A stretch of 64,000 nt of DNA, taken from NCBI GenBank assembly GCA_963827235.1, contig CAWHAE010000007.1, forward strand, positions 11,726 through 75,725. Direction: 5' to 3'. Position numbers and translations under genes: made by a program. Positions within the stretch are counted from its first letter, which is position 1. Each line of letters begins with the position of its first letter. This document shows positions 9,447-19,820 of this stretch, piece by piece. The notes under the pieces are model-generated. The model was given only the letters and a program-made list of their open reading frames with translations. It was not told where the DNA came from and ran no database searches. The DNA is from an uncultured bacterium (GTDB lineage Bacteria; Chloroflexota; UBA5177; JANWHV01).

Positions 9447-10813
9447 GCGTGCTCCTTGCCAGCGGCGATTCGTCGATCCAGAACCGGCAACCGATCTCTG
9501 CCGGAGAGAAGCATAGAGATGCGTGCCACCGCGTCGCGGCTATTCCTGGCCGGGGCCTCGCTTCCGCCGGCCGCGGGCGCAGGCCGTCCCAGCAGGCGCT
9601 CGGCGGGCGCGGCGAACAGCCAGTCGATGGCCTGCAGGCTCACGCCGCGGGCGGCGGCGTCGTTGCCCAGGGCGCCTGGCACCAGGGTGCGCGTGGCGGG
9701 CAACATGGGAAGGACGTGCAGCCGGATCATGCGTTGCGCTGCCTCCAGGACCAGCGGGCTACAGTGAGCCAGGGCGCCGCCAAGCACCACGAGGTCGACG
9801 CCCAGCAGGTTGAGGGCCATGCTGATCGCGATGCCCAGGCGCTCGCCGGCTTCGGTCAGCAGCCCCAGTGCCAGCTTGTCACCGCTTCCTGCCGCCGCTG
9901 CCAGGTCCGCCAGTGAAAGGCTCTCCACCTGCTCGGCCAGGCTGGAGAAGACGCCCCGTTGGAGCAGGTCCCGGGCGCGCGCAAGAATGGCGCGCACCGA
10001 GCTGGTAGCCTGCAGGCAGCCTCGATTGCCGCACTGGCAGAGGTCCCCACCCGGCTCGACCGTGACGTGGCCCAGCTCTCCAGCCAGCCCATGAGCGCCG
10101 CCGAACGGCCGGCCGTCGATCATGAGGCTGGCGCCGATCGACGCGCCGGCGTCGACGAAGAGGAACGATCGTCCCGGAGCGGCGCCGCCGCGGGCCGCTC
10201 CCAGGCGCAGCTCGGCAACCGATTTCGCGCGCGCGGCTTCTTCGATGATCACGGGCAGGCTCAGAGCGGAGCCCAAGAGAGCGGCAATGGGAAAGTCGCC
10301 CCAGCCGGGCGTATTGCTGCGCGCCAAGCAGCGGCCCCGCTCCCCGTCGATGATGCCGGTCACGGAGACGCCGGCGACGGCGACGGCCTGCCAGGATATA
10401 CCTGCCTCGGAGACGACGTCACGAACGAGCCCGGCAAGCCTGGCCACGATCTGCGGCTGGGTAGCTCCGGCCAGTAGCTCGCTGGATGCCTCCCGGTAGG
10501 TGAGCGGCATGCCCTGAAGGTCCGAGACGAGCACGTGCAGCATCTCCGTGCCGATATCCACGCCGATCACGTAGGCCGCATGCGGCTGAAGCTCGAGCAG
10601 CAGCGCGTGCCGGCCGGGTCCGGCGACCTCGTGCCAGCCGGCCTCGCGGATCAGGCCTACCTCTTGAAGAGAGGCGACAATGCGGGCGGTCATGGCCGTG
10701 CTGAGGTCGACCGCCGCGGCCACGTCGGCGCGGGTTGCCTGCCCGCGCGCACGAACCGCCTCGAGCACCGCGACCTGGCTCCGCGTGAGCACTGTTGCCG
10801 CCCTCTCGGACAT
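9443..10813 (-). CDS. ROK family transcriptional regulator
   Basis: N-terminal HTH (TRADVAAAVDLS), GVDIG, and the Zn motif GELGHVTV...CQCGNRGCL. Likely start MSERAA at 10813. Confidence 0.9.
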   Translation of the reverse strand: MSERAATVLTRSQVAVLEAVRARGQATRADVAAAVDLSTAMTARIVASLQEVGLIREAGWHEVAGPGRHALLLELQPHAAYVIGVDIGTEMLHVLVSDLQGMPLTYREASSELLAGATQPQIVARLAGLVRDVVSEAGISWQAVAVAGVSVTGIIDGERGRCLARSNTPGWGDFPIAALLGSALSLPVIIEEAARAKSVAELRLGAARGGAAPGRSFLFVDAGASIGASLMIDGRPFGGAHGLAGELGHVTVEPGGDLCQCGNRGCLQATSSVRAILARARDLLQRGVFSSLAEQVESLSLADLAAAAGSGDKLALGLLTEAGERLGIAISMALNLLGVDLVVLGGALAHCSPLVLEAAQRMIRLHVLPMLPATRTLVPGALGNDAAARGVSLQAIDWLFAAPAERLLGRPAPAAGGSEAPARNSRDAVARISMLLSGRDRLPVLDRRIAAGKEHA

Positions 10814-10858
10814 AGCAGCCTCGACTTCCCAGCATGGCGATCTCAAGCAATGCTGCCT

Positions 10859-10887
10859 ATCCTAATGGTCCCCACGATAACGTTCAA
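10859..10887 (-). promoter_or_regulatory. Putative sigma-70 promoter of the ROK operon
   Basis: Minus strand TTGAAC-N17-TAGGAT, about 45 bp upstream of the ROK start. Confidence 0.5.
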
Positions 10888-11169
10888 CATCCGATCGGCT
10901 ATTTCATCTCATGGGTGGACTATCCGACCCGGATACGCCCCGGAACGTCGCGCCTGGCCCCAGCCCGTGCGAAGAATCGCGGCGCGCTTCAGACCACGAG
11001 CCGCCGGCGTGGGAACCGCGGAAGGCAGCCGGGCGCGTGATGTGCGGCACGCTCGGCGTCGAGCCGCCGCCCGGGCGGGTTCTGCCCGGGCGGCGGACTT
11101 CGGCCAAAGAGTAGTCAAATCGCAGGCGCGGCGCGCTCGCTCGCGAGCAGCCAGAGCGCTACGCGGCGA

Positions 11170-11904
11170 TCAGGATCGCCTGGTCGGCACCAGCACGATC
11201 TCCTCGATGGTCGCCCGCAGTGGCAGGGAGACTGCCGTCGCCACGCAAGCCGCCACGTCCTCCGGCAGCAGCATCAGGGCCCGCGCCCGGGGACCCGGCG
11301 GACTCGGACGGTGGTCCAGAATCGCGGTGTCGGTATCACCCAGCGTGATCACCGTGCTGCGAATGCCGTGCCGGCCCTCCTCCGCGTTGATCGTGGCGCT
11401 GAGCGCCGCCAGCCCGGCCTTGGCGGCGATATAGGCCGCGCCGGCAAGCGGGCCCGGCCGCCGCGCGGATATGGAGCCGATGTGCACGATCGTGCCCCCG
11501 CCCTGCCGGCGCATGGCGGGCAAGACGGCGTGCACGAAGCGGTAGCAGCCGTGGAGATTCACGTCAATCAACCGTTCCCACTCATCTTCCCGTAGCTCCG
11601 CGAGCGAGCGCTGCGAAATGTTGGCACCGGCCGCGTTCACCAGCACGTCGACCCGGCCCCATTCCGCGAGCACGTGCTGAGCCAGCTCGGTCACGGCGGC
11701 TGAGCTGCCGGCATCGCAGGGAGCAACGCGCGGCGGTGCGCCTCCGGCCGCCTCGATACCTGCCGCCGTCTCCTCGAGCGCGGCGACCCTGCGCCCGGTG
11801 AGCACGATCGCGAGCCCGTGCCGCGCGAGGGCCAAGGCACAGGCGCGTCCGATGCCGCTTCCCGCGCCCGTCACCACTGCCACCGGCCTTCCGTCTGCCA
11901 GCAT
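11170..11904 (-). CDS. SDR family oxidoreductase
   Basis: VVTGAGSGIG, LVNAAG, YIAAK. ATG at 11904 preceded by AGGAGAG. Confidence 0.9.
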   Translation of the reverse strand: MLADGRPVAVVTGAGSGIGRACALALARHGLAIVLTGRRVAALEETAAGIEAAGGAPPRVAPCDAGSSAAVTELAQHVLAEWGRVDVLVNAAGANISQRSLAELREDEWERLIDVNLHGCYRFVHAVLPAMRRQGGGTIVHIGSISARRPGPLAGAAYIAAKAGLAALSATINAEEGRHGIRSTVITLGDTDTAILDHRPSPPGPRARALMLLPEDVAACVATAVSLPLRATIEEIVLVPTRRS

Positions 11905-12256
11905 TGTCTCTCCTCGTTCACCCGGGGCGCCGCGCATCCTGCCGGTCACGCACCGTGCGGGTAGCTGTATGGTGCCGCATCCAGCGCTATCGGTCTGCCA
12001 AGGTCATGGATCGGCGCCTCACCACTTCGCCAAGATGTGGCATTCCGCCTTCCTCGCCCGGGCCGGCGTGAGGCAGACTTGCCGGATGCACCTGCCGACC
12101 TCTGATCGGCAGGCATGTCTCGCGTGACTCGACGCTTGGGAGGAAGGGTATGCTAGCTCTTGTCCTGCTCTGCGCCCGGATCGGCTGCCGGAGCGGTCCG
12201 AGAAGCGAGAGACCGGCGAAGAATCTCACCCATGTACGGTCAGGAGGAGTGTACAA

Positions 12257-12814
12257 ATGATCGACGAAACGACCTGGAAGGCAGGCTATTGGCGTAACGA
12301 GCCGCACCGGTGGCACAGGGAGCCCGACGGCACCGTGATCGTGGAGGCAGATCCGCATACCGACTTCTGGCGTCTGACCCATGACGGCGGGATCCGCCAC
12401 TCGGGCCACCACTTCGGCGTGCAGGTGGCCGGCGACTTCACGATGACAGTGTCCGCGGGCGGCGCGTATAAGAGCTTGTACGATCAGGCCGGTGTGATGG
12501 CGTGCGCGGACGACACTCGGTGGCTCAAGGCCGGAGTCGAGTTTTTCGAGGGTGTTCCGCGCCTGAGCTGCGTGGTGACGCGAGATACTTCCGACTGGTC
12601 TCTTGGCGAGCGGGCAGGGGACACCGTGTGGATCCGCTTGCAGCGCGCGGGTGCAGAGCTCATGCTGTCGTTCTCCGCCGACGGCAAGACGTTCGCGCTG
12701 GCGCGCCAGTGCACGCTGGCGGACGGCCCGATGCACGTCGGCCTCCAGTGCTGCGCCCCCGGCGATAACAGCTTCACCGCTACGTTCTCCCACTTTGCCA
12801 TTGCCGTGCCCTGA
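12257..12814 (+). CDS. DUF1349 domain protein (concanavalin-like)
   Basis: TDFWRLTHDG...YDQAGVM...WLKAGVE...SDWS; RBS AGGAGGAG. Confidence 0.85.
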   Translation: MIDETTWKAGYWRNEPHRWHREPDGTVIVEADPHTDFWRLTHDGGIRHSGHHFGVQVAGDFTMTVSAGGAYKSLYDQAGVMACADDTRWLKAGVEFFEGVPRLSCVVTRDTSDWSLGERAGDTVWIRLQRAGAELMLSFSADGKTFALARQCTLADGPMHVGLQCCAPGDNSFTATFSHFAIAVP

Positions 12815-12956
12815 CGTCCGCCCGGCCCCATCGAAGTGAGGCACCGATTATCAAGACGGCTGCAGCAGTGTGTGGTCAACACTCCGGCCCCCTGGCGGCT
12901 GAACGAGCGGTACAGGTGGGGAGCAAGCGTCTTCCTGGGCATACTGCTCGCGATGC

Positions 12957-14444
12957 CTACCGATAATCGAGCATGAGCACGCTCGCCGAGTGAGGAGGCA
13001 GGTCGAGCACGCAGGAATCGCCGGACGCGGCAACCTCCCTGCTCTCGGCACGCACATCGTCGGGGTGACCCAGATCGTTGAAGGAAGCGACCGCCGGGCC
13101 GCCGACCGTGTACAGAGTGGCTGCCCGATCCCGCAGGGTGGTGCCGGGCAGCCACACCGTGCAGGTGACCACGTCGTCGGGGTGGAGATTGGCGATGGCG
13201 ACCGCGATGCGCTGGGCCGACCGGTCCATGGTGGCGGCGACATCGCAGTACGGCACGGCAGCTGCGGTCCCGTCCTCGCTCCTCGCCTCGAAAGTGGGCG
13301 CGGCACAATGAGCGTCGAGCACCTCGGCGAGCGTGTGATTGGCGTAGAGCTCGCACACGTGATAGGTGGGCCGGAGGATCAGCCCGCCGGCATGGGTGTA
13401 GATGGCACCACGGGCGTTGACCAGGGGCGAGAAGTTCGTCATGGCGACGCTGCGGCAATGGCGGAGAGCGGCGTTGAGGAAACAGGCGTGCAGTACCGCA
13501 TCGGCCATGGTGTAGGTGGCGTTTTCGTCGTTCAGGTCGCGCTCGTCGAGCCGCGGATCGGCGTCCAGGAAGCTTGGGTGGTGCCAGAAACGCGGGTTCC
13601 ACTCGTCGAAGGCAATGCGCACGCGCCCGGCCATGTCGGTAGCGGCAAGGATGTGCTCCATGCGCGTGATGTGCTCTTCGATCAACCGTGCTTGCGCCAT
13701 GCAGGCGGGATAGGCCGTGGTCTGACGAGCCAGATAGGCATGGATGGAGATCAGGTCCAGGTAGCGCCCGGCGCGCTGGAGCAGCCTGAGATTCCAGTCC
13801 AGGTCGGCAGTGCTGGCAGCCGACAGGACGATCGAACCGTCGACGCGCCGCATCATCTTGGCCGTCTCGGCGACGTAGCGGCTCCACTCGTCGGCCTCCT
13901 TGGCGCCCAGTTCCCAATGCCCGTAGTTCTCGTTGCCGACGCTCCAGTAGCGGACACGGTGCGGCTCCGGGTAACCGTTGGCCGCGCGTAGTCGCGCCCA
14001 ACGCCCCTGCGCGGACAGGTTGCAATACTCGAGCCAATCGGCGGCTTCCTCCGGAGGGGCCGTGCCCGCGTTCGTGCAAATATAGGGCTCGGCGCCCGTG
14101 GCGCGGCAGAATGCGATGAACTCGTCGGTGCCGAAGTTGTTCGACTCCTCGACGCGCCATGCCTTGTCGTACGCCGGCTGCCGCCGCGGTCCGACGCCGT
14201 CCTGCCAGTGGTAGGCCGAGACGAAACAGCCGCCGGGCCAGCGAATGACGGATGGCTTGAGACGCCGGATCGCCTCGATCACGTCAGTGCGGAAGCCCTG
14301 CTCGTCTGCCAGTGGTGAGCCGGGATCGTAGATGCCCCCGTAGATCTGCCGGTGGAAATGCTCGATGAAATGCCCGAACATGAGCGGATCGCGCGAGCCA
14401 AGGAGGCGATCGCGATCGACGTGAACACGGACCCGCGGGTTCAT
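12957..14444 (-). CDS. Alpha-L-arabinofuranosidase (GH51)
   Basis: FGHFIEH, RWPGGCF, FGTDEF, YWSVGNE (acid/base), AFDEWN (nucleophile). Confidence 0.92.
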   Translation of the reverse strand: MNPRVRVHVDRDRLLGSRDPLMFGHFIEHFHRQIYGGIYDPGSPLADEQGFRTDVIEAIRRLKPSVIRWPGGCFVSAYHWQDGVGPRRQPAYDKAWRVEESNNFGTDEFIAFCRATGAEPYICTNAGTAPPEEAADWLEYCNLSAQGRWARLRAANGYPEPHRVRYWSVGNENYGHWELGAKEADEWSRYVAETAKMMRRVDGSIVLSAASTADLDWNLRLLQRAGRYLDLISIHAYLARQTTAYPACMAQARLIEEHITRMEHILAATDMAGRVRIAFDEWNPRFWHHPSFLDADPRLDERDLNDENATYTMADAVLHACFLNAALRHCRSVAMTNFSPLVNARGAIYTHAGGLILRPTYHVCELYANHTLAEVLDAHCAAPTFEARSEDGTAAAVPYCDVAATMDRSAQRIAVAIANLHPDDVVTCTVWLPGTTLRDRAATLYTVGGPAVASFNDLGHPDDVRAESREVAASGDSCVLDLPPHSASVLMLDYR

Positions 14445-14734
14445 CCGGTACCCCCTCCTGCCGTACGCTCTGCTGCGCGTACGTGGCCAGTGTAGCAGCG
14501 GGAAGCGCCGGCGCAGGACTGTTCCTATGCCGGGGTGACCTGGTGCCTGACCGTCGCTTGCCCCGCCGGGATCGGCCCGCCGTGCCGCGGGCTACCGCCT
14601 GCTCGTTCCACGCACGGCCTGGCGCGGATACCGGGGTGGCAGCCCGTGCCCTGGGCCGATGCTCAACCTGGGTGGCAGCTAGAGCGTTCGGGCGGCAGGC
14701 CAGGCGACGCCGCAATTCCAGGAGGAGCGACTAG

Positions 14735-14866
14735 GGCAGCCTGCTGCAACACCTGCTGCGCGTGGGCGGAGCAGACAAGGTGCGGGCACTCACCGACCTC
14801 AGCAGTTATGAGAAGAGCAACAATCCTGACGGCAAGGAGATCAACAGCGATCCGTGTGCACTGGCG
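14735..14866 (+). pseudogene. Possible ScyD/ScyE-family fragment
   Basis: Intergenic frame reads ...VRALTDLSSYEKSNNPDGKEINSDPCALA, resembling the recalled D-L-x-x-Y/F-E-x-x-NNPDG...S-N/D-P motif. No start codon or remainder of the gene. Confidence 0.35.
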
Positions 14867-15066
14867 GGCGCGCACCTTTGCCTGCAGACCAGCCAGCCTA
14901 TGCACTGCACTCCTCGCAAACCGTGAGCCTACCCGACTTCCTTAGCCCCCAGCCACACGTCTTCAGGCGGGCGGCGAGCGTGATCAGTCAGGCCGGGGGC
15001 CCGCTCCCAAACCGGCAGATCGTCTGTGAAGCTCCGATTACCCTTGGGTTATCGGTCAAAGCCGCC

Positions 15067-15867
15067 TCAGGCGAGCACCCTGCCGAGGAACGCAAGCATC
15101 TCGCTGTTGAATTGCTCCGGCCTCTGGAGCGGGGCGAAATGGCTCACGCCGGCGAGGATCCGGAGCTCCGCGCCGGGAATGCTCTTCGCCAAATACTCGG
15201 CGTGTTCGCGTTTGATGAATTCATCGTGCTCGCTTTGTACGACTGTAACTGGGACGCGGACGCGCGCCAAATCATCGGCCGAGTAGTTGGGCTGTGTCCT
15301 CTGCATCAGTCCGACCGCAGCGCAAAACGCATCGAACTGGTCCGGCGTGGTCGACAGAAGGGCATAGTCCTTGGCGTGACGGCCGAAACACCGGTCCAGG
15401 ATCGGACTGGGCGCGATGTCCTTCGTGCCGCTGGGATCCATGTTGCAGCCAAAGAAGAACACACCCGCAATCCGCGCTGGGGCGTTCGCTCCGAGGATCA
15501 AGGCGATGCAGGCCCCGTCACTCCAGCCGACCACGGCCGCTTTGTCCAGACCTACGATACCCATGACGGCGAGAACGTCGGACGCCATCAGCTCATAGGA
15601 AAACGGCCGCCCGTCGCGCGTGCTGCGGCCGTGGCCACGGCTATCGATGAGCACGACACGATAGCCGGAGCGGATCAGCGCCGGGACCTGATAGCCCCAG
15701 TTGCCGCTGTGGCCGAGGCCGCCGTGCAGCAGGATGACGGGCTGGCCAGACCCGTATGCTGCATACCAAATCCGAGCTCCATCGTGCTCGACATGGCCTT
15801 CCTCCGTTGTGACCGGTAAGGGTGCGGCACCGGTCGCGGCGAACGTGGTGAGGTCGTCGTCTTGCAT
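15067..15867 (-). CDS. Alpha/beta fold hydrolase
   Basis: LLHGGLG, DSRGHGRS, GWSDG nucleophile elbow, catalytic His in SHFAP. Confidence 0.9.
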   Translation of the reverse strand: MQDDDLTTFAATGAAPLPVTTEEGHVEHDGARIWYAAYGSGQPVILLHGGLGHSGNWGYQVPALIRSGYRVVLIDSRGHGRSTRDGRPFSYELMASDVLAVMGIVGLDKAAVVGWSDGACIALILGANAPARIAGVFFFGCNMDPSGTKDIAPSPILDRCFGRHAKDYALLSTTPDQFDAFCAAVGLMQRTQPNYSADDLARVRVPVTVVQSEHDEFIKREHAEYLAKSIPGAELRILAGVSHFAPLQRPEQFNSEMLAFLGRVLA

Positions 15868-15880
15868 GTCTCTTATGGCC

Positions 15881-16819
15881 TCACACCTGCTGGACCTCGC
15901 CCACCATGTTCGCCCGCAGATGCTCGATGTCCCGTGCCGGCGAGGTCCCGAAGTGCTTCTTGTAATCGCGGCTGAAGTGGGACGCGTCGTGGTACCCGAC
16001 CTTGAACCCGGCGCTGGTGGCGTCCAAGTGCTCGCCCAGCATCAGCCGCCTTGCCTCGCGCAGTCGCAGCTCTTTCTGGAACTGTAGCGGGCTCATGTCG
16101 GTAATTGCCTTGAAGTGGTCGTGGAAGCCCGACGAGCTCATGCCCAGATCGCGCGCGATGTTCTCGATGCGCAACGGCCGGTCGAAGTCCTGCCGCAGCC
16201 GCTCGACGGCCTGGGCGATGCGGTGCGAGTGGCCGCCGAGCAACGGCAGGTGCTGCAAGCGACTGCCCTGCTCGCCCAGCAGGAGCCGGAAAACGATCTC
16301 GCGCTTGACGAGCGGGGCGAGCACCCGCGCCTGGGCGGGGGAGTCGATCAGCCGCACGAGCCGCAGGGTGGCGTCGAGCAGCTCGGTATCGAGGGCGCTG
16401 ACGACGAGGGCCTTGGCGTCGCTCTGGCTGCGCGGCGCCGGCAGCCCCGCCTCGACCATTACCGAGCCGACCAGGGTGGGATCGAGATCCAGGCGCAGGC
16501 TCAGGTAGGGACGTTCCGTGGAGGCCTCGACGATGCACGAGGTGATAGGGAGCTCGACCGTCGCGAGCAGATAGTGCTCCACGTCGTAGCAGTAGCAACG
16601 CTCTCCGAGGTAGATCCTCTTGAGCCCCTGGGCAATGACGCAGAACGACGGCTCGGAGAGCCCATGGACCCGCTCGGTCGGCTGCGACATTCGGTTCAGG
16701 TGCAGTCCCGCAATCGGCTCCGCGGCGCCATCCACGCGATTGGCGTCCGCGATACGCGTGACCAATTCTTCTCGGTTCGCTCTGTCCCGCAGCTCGGTGC
16801 GTTCCTGCCCTGATCCCAT
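15881..16819 (-). CDS. AraC family regulator (AraC_N + HTH, YqhC-like)
   Basis: EPSFCVIAQGLK, MSPLQFQKELRLREAR, VGYHDASHFSRDYKK. Start uncertain (16819 or 16903). Confidence 0.9.
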   Translation of the reverse strand: MGSGQERTELRDRANREELVTRIADANRVDGAAEPIAGLHLNRMSQPTERVHGLSEPSFCVIAQGLKRIYLGERCYCYDVEHYLLATVELPITSCIVEASTERPYLSLRLDLDPTLVGSVMVEAGLPAPRSQSDAKALVVSALDTELLDATLRLVRLIDSPAQARVLAPLVKREIVFRLLLGEQGSRLQHLPLLGGHSHRIAQAVERLRQDFDRPLRIENIARDLGMSSSGFHDHFKAITDMSPLQFQKELRLREARRLMLGEHLDATSAGFKVGYHDASHFSRDYKKHFGTSPARDIEHLRANMVGEVQQV

Positions 16820-17089
16820 TGCGACCACCGGTGCCTGTTCTTGTGGACGAATCGCAGTTTTGGAGGATGATACAAGGTTCTTGGAAGAACGTCCATCCAG
16901 CACAATGCCCGAGACGCCTAGAATGAAGAGCTAACCGGGGGGAAACGGCCGGCGCAGGCACGGTCCCAGTCTGGACCTTTGTCTCAGGCAAGGCGATCGC
17001 CGCCTCTCGCGCAGGGACCCCGGCGACGACGCTCGGCAGGGTGGAGCGACGCCTCAAACCGTCTCGCAGCCTTCGAGCAAAGCACCAGC

Positions 17090-17262
17090 CGAGTACTTTA
17101 CCAGCACGGTACGTATTGATCCCCTGTTCCAGGTCACCGCGCCGGCGCGCGGCCGGCGCCAGTGTCACGCTCGAGCCCGGCGCGCACACCGCGTGGCACA
17201 CCCACCCGCTGGGCCAGGCCCTGATCGTGACGGCTGGCTGCGGCCATGCGCCTATGCGATGA
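17090..17262 (+). pseudogene. Cupin-domain gene remnant
   Basis: [20 protein letters not shown], then a frameshift to [33 protein letters not shown]-terminal half is missing. Divergent from AraC. Confidence 0.65.
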
Positions 17263-17274
17263 TCAGACCCGCCG

Positions 17275-17740
17275 CTAACGCCATGCCGACATCGTGCCCA
17301 GTCGCTTGCCAACCACGTCGAGGAAGATGGCGACCAACAGGATCGCGCCTTTCACGGCCGGGATCAGATAGGGATCCGTGGCCTGCAGGATGAGCCCGCT
17401 GTCGAGACTGGCAATCACCAGGAAGCCGAGCAGGACGGACCAGACGGAGCCCTTGCCACCGGTAAGGCTCACACCGCCGATTACGGCGATGGAGATAACG
17501 TCCAGCAGCAGGTCGGACGACACCAAGGTGGTCGAGGCAGTAGGCTGGTATCCAAGCAGCAGCACGCCAGCGACACCGGCCATGCAGCCGGAGATGGCAA
17601 AGCAGGACCACTTGATGAAGGTCGTGTTGATGCCTGCACGGCGCGCTGCCTCCATGTTGCCGCCGACGGCGTAGATGTGCCGGCCATAGGGCATGCGCGT
17701 GGTCATGAACCAGAACAAGGCCACGAACGCGCACAGGATC
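17275..17740 (-). pseudogene. 3' fragment of a monosaccharide ABC permease (RbsC/XylH-like)
   Basis: YGRHIYAVGGNMEAARRAGIN and AVIGGVSLTGGKG; N-terminal TM segments absent. Confidence 0.75.
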
Positions 17741-17744
17741 GGGA

Positions 17745-18272
17745 CTCGTATCCTTGATCACAAATCGCGCGACACATCGTCCCAGCCGCATGACGCTCGC
17801 CTTATCGGCCACTTCGAAGACGTTCTGCATATTGTGCGTGATGATGACGACCGCAAGACCCTGGTCGCGCAGCCGCAGGACGAGATTGAGCACCTGCCGC
17901 GTCTGGGTCACGCCGAGCGCGGCGGTCGGCTCGTCCAGGATCACCACTTTTGGTGACCAGAGCACGGCTTTGGCCACGGCAATGGACTGGCGTTGGCCGC
18001 CCGAGAGCTGTGCGACGAGGCTACGGACCGAGGGAATGTTGATGCGCAGCAACGACAGCGCCTCACGGGCGTGCCGTTCCATGGGCTCCTCGTGAATGGC
18101 ACGCAGGAAGACACCTCGCGTGCGCTCCCGGCCCAGAAAGAGATTGGCCACGACGTCGAGGTTGTGGCAGAGCGCCAAGTCCTGATAGACCGTCTCCACT
18201 CCTGCTCGAGTGGCGTCGCTCGGCGTTCGAAAGTGCTGGAGCTGCCCGTCGAGCCAGACCTGGCCGGCGTCG
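17745..18272 (-). pseudogene. Monosaccharide ABC ATP-binding fragment lacking Walker A
   Basis: GVETVYQDLAL, LSGGQRQ signature, ILDEPT Walker B, ITHN. No GxxGxGKS upstream. Confidence 0.75.
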
Positions 18273-19048
18273 TGCGCCGCGCCGACGGCTTCGTCCACCT
18301 TGCGCCGAACCTGGGCTGGCACGACGTGCCTCTGGGCTCCATCCTGCGACAGCGCCTCGCCCTGCCAGTGCCGCTGACGATAGCCAACGATGCGGACCTC
18401 GGAGGACTGGCCGAACACGCACGGGGCGCTGGACGCGGCACGAATGACATGGTGTAGCTTCAGTGTGAAGTAGGCATCGGGGCAGGTATCATCGCCGGTG
18501 GCCGGCCCCTGGAGGGAACGGCTGGGTGCGCCGGCGAGGTTGGTCACTTACTGGTGAATCCAAGCGGACTTCCCTGTCACTGTGGCGCGACTGGCTGTAG
18601 GGAAACGGAGGCCGGCGAGATCGCGTTGCTGCGGCACGCCGGACGCAGCGGAGGGTCGTCACGACGCGAGAGCGTGAGCCAGGTGCTGGCCGACGCGGAA
18701 CGGGGCGATACGGCCGCGAGCGCCGCCGTTCAGGCTATCGGGCAATGGCTGGGTCTCGGCTGTGCCAGCCTCGTGAACATCTTCAATCCGGAGCTCGTCG
18801 TCCTTGGTGGATTCTTCTGTAAGCTCTACCCGCTCGTGGAGATGGCCCTGCGCGAACAGATCCGGACCCGCGCGGTGGCGCCGGCGCGCAACTTCGTCAA
18901 CATTGTCCCGGCCATGCTGGGGCCGGACGCGGCGGTTCTTGGTGCGGCCGAACTGGCGCTAGAGCCGATCCTGACCGATCCCACGATAGTTCCTGCACGT
19001 CCGGAAGCGCTCAGTCGGACGGAGCAGCACGGGAAGTCACGTACATAA
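18263..19048 (+). pseudogene. ROK family regulator remnant (5'-truncated, one in-frame stop)
   Basis: APNLGW...NDADLGGLAE...*...GIGAGII...GEVGH...CHCGATGC...FNPELVVLGG in a single frame with TAG at 18455-18457. Confidence 0.75.
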
Positions 19049-19058
19049 GGATAGGGCC

Positions 19059-19757
19059 ATGGACATGTTCAACAGACTCCGCGGGCCGGAGGGCAGTGCC
19101 ATTCGGCACCAGCAAAAAAGCCGGGAGCTGGAACAGTCAGGCCTCGTCCATCTGCAGAACGGCAGCCTGTTTCAGGCCAAGACTGACCTGCAAAGGGCCG
19201 TCGGTCTCGATCCCCAAAGCGCGGCTCTGCGCGGTCATCTCGCGCAGGTGCTGGCCGGCCTCGATCTGCTGAAGGACGCCGATAGGGAATTCCGCACCGC
19301 TATTACGCTCAGCCCGTTCGATCAAGAGCTGCGCTTCGCGCACGCCCAGCTGCTGGAGACAATGGAATACCTGGACGACGCCGCAGAGGAGTACGGCTTC
19401 GCATCGACCCTCGACCCGCATCCCAGCCGCAGCTTGATCGCGTTAGCGTTCCTGGAAGCCGGGCGCGGCAACATTCGGAAAGCGGAAGGCAGCATTCTCA
19501 ACGCGCTCGAACGCGGCGAGAGTAATCTTCAGGTTTGGGCATCCTTGTGTGATATCCGCCAGGACATGCTGCTCGAGGAGCAGCGAAACCTCAATCGATC
19601 GATCGGCCTGCTCGCCTGGGGCTACGATAGGGCACATGGCGACCGGAGAATCCAGACAGCCATCGACGGCAAGAAGGCGAGACGGCGCAAGGTGACGCGC
19701 ACCGGCTCCGTCCGCAGTTCCTCCGCAGTGCGACGCAGTCTATCGGGCTCAACGTAA
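19059..19757 (+). CDS. Tetratricopeptide repeat protein
   Basis: Repeated ~34-aa helical pattern (RAVGLDP, TAITLSP, ASTLDP); RBS AAGGA. Confidence 0.65.
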   Translation: MDMFNRLRGPEGSAIRHQQKSRELEQSGLVHLQNGSLFQAKTDLQRAVGLDPQSAALRGHLAQVLAGLDLLKDADREFRTAITLSPFDQELRFAHAQLLETMEYLDDAAEEYGFASTLDPHPSRSLIALAFLEAGRGNIRKAEGSILNALERGESNLQVWASLCDIRQDMLLEEQRNLNRSIGLLAWGYDRAHGDRRIQTAIDGKKARRRKVTRTGSVRSSSAVRRSLSGST

Positions 19758-19820
19758 GGGTCCGGTTAGGCGCCCGGCGGAGAACTCGGTATTCTCAAGT
19801 GTCACTGTTGAGCCCGATCC

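Noticed and set aside
4464-9767. Long plus-strand ORFs (e.g. 4464-5927, 8106-9767) and similar long antisense ORFs elsewhere
   Set aside because: They are antisense shadows of motif-bearing genes, expected in GC-rich DNA, and contain no motifs.
16830-16930. Imperfect TTGGA direct repeats in the AraC-cupin spacer as an AraC site
   Set aside because: Plausible, but too degenerate to support without homologous sequences.
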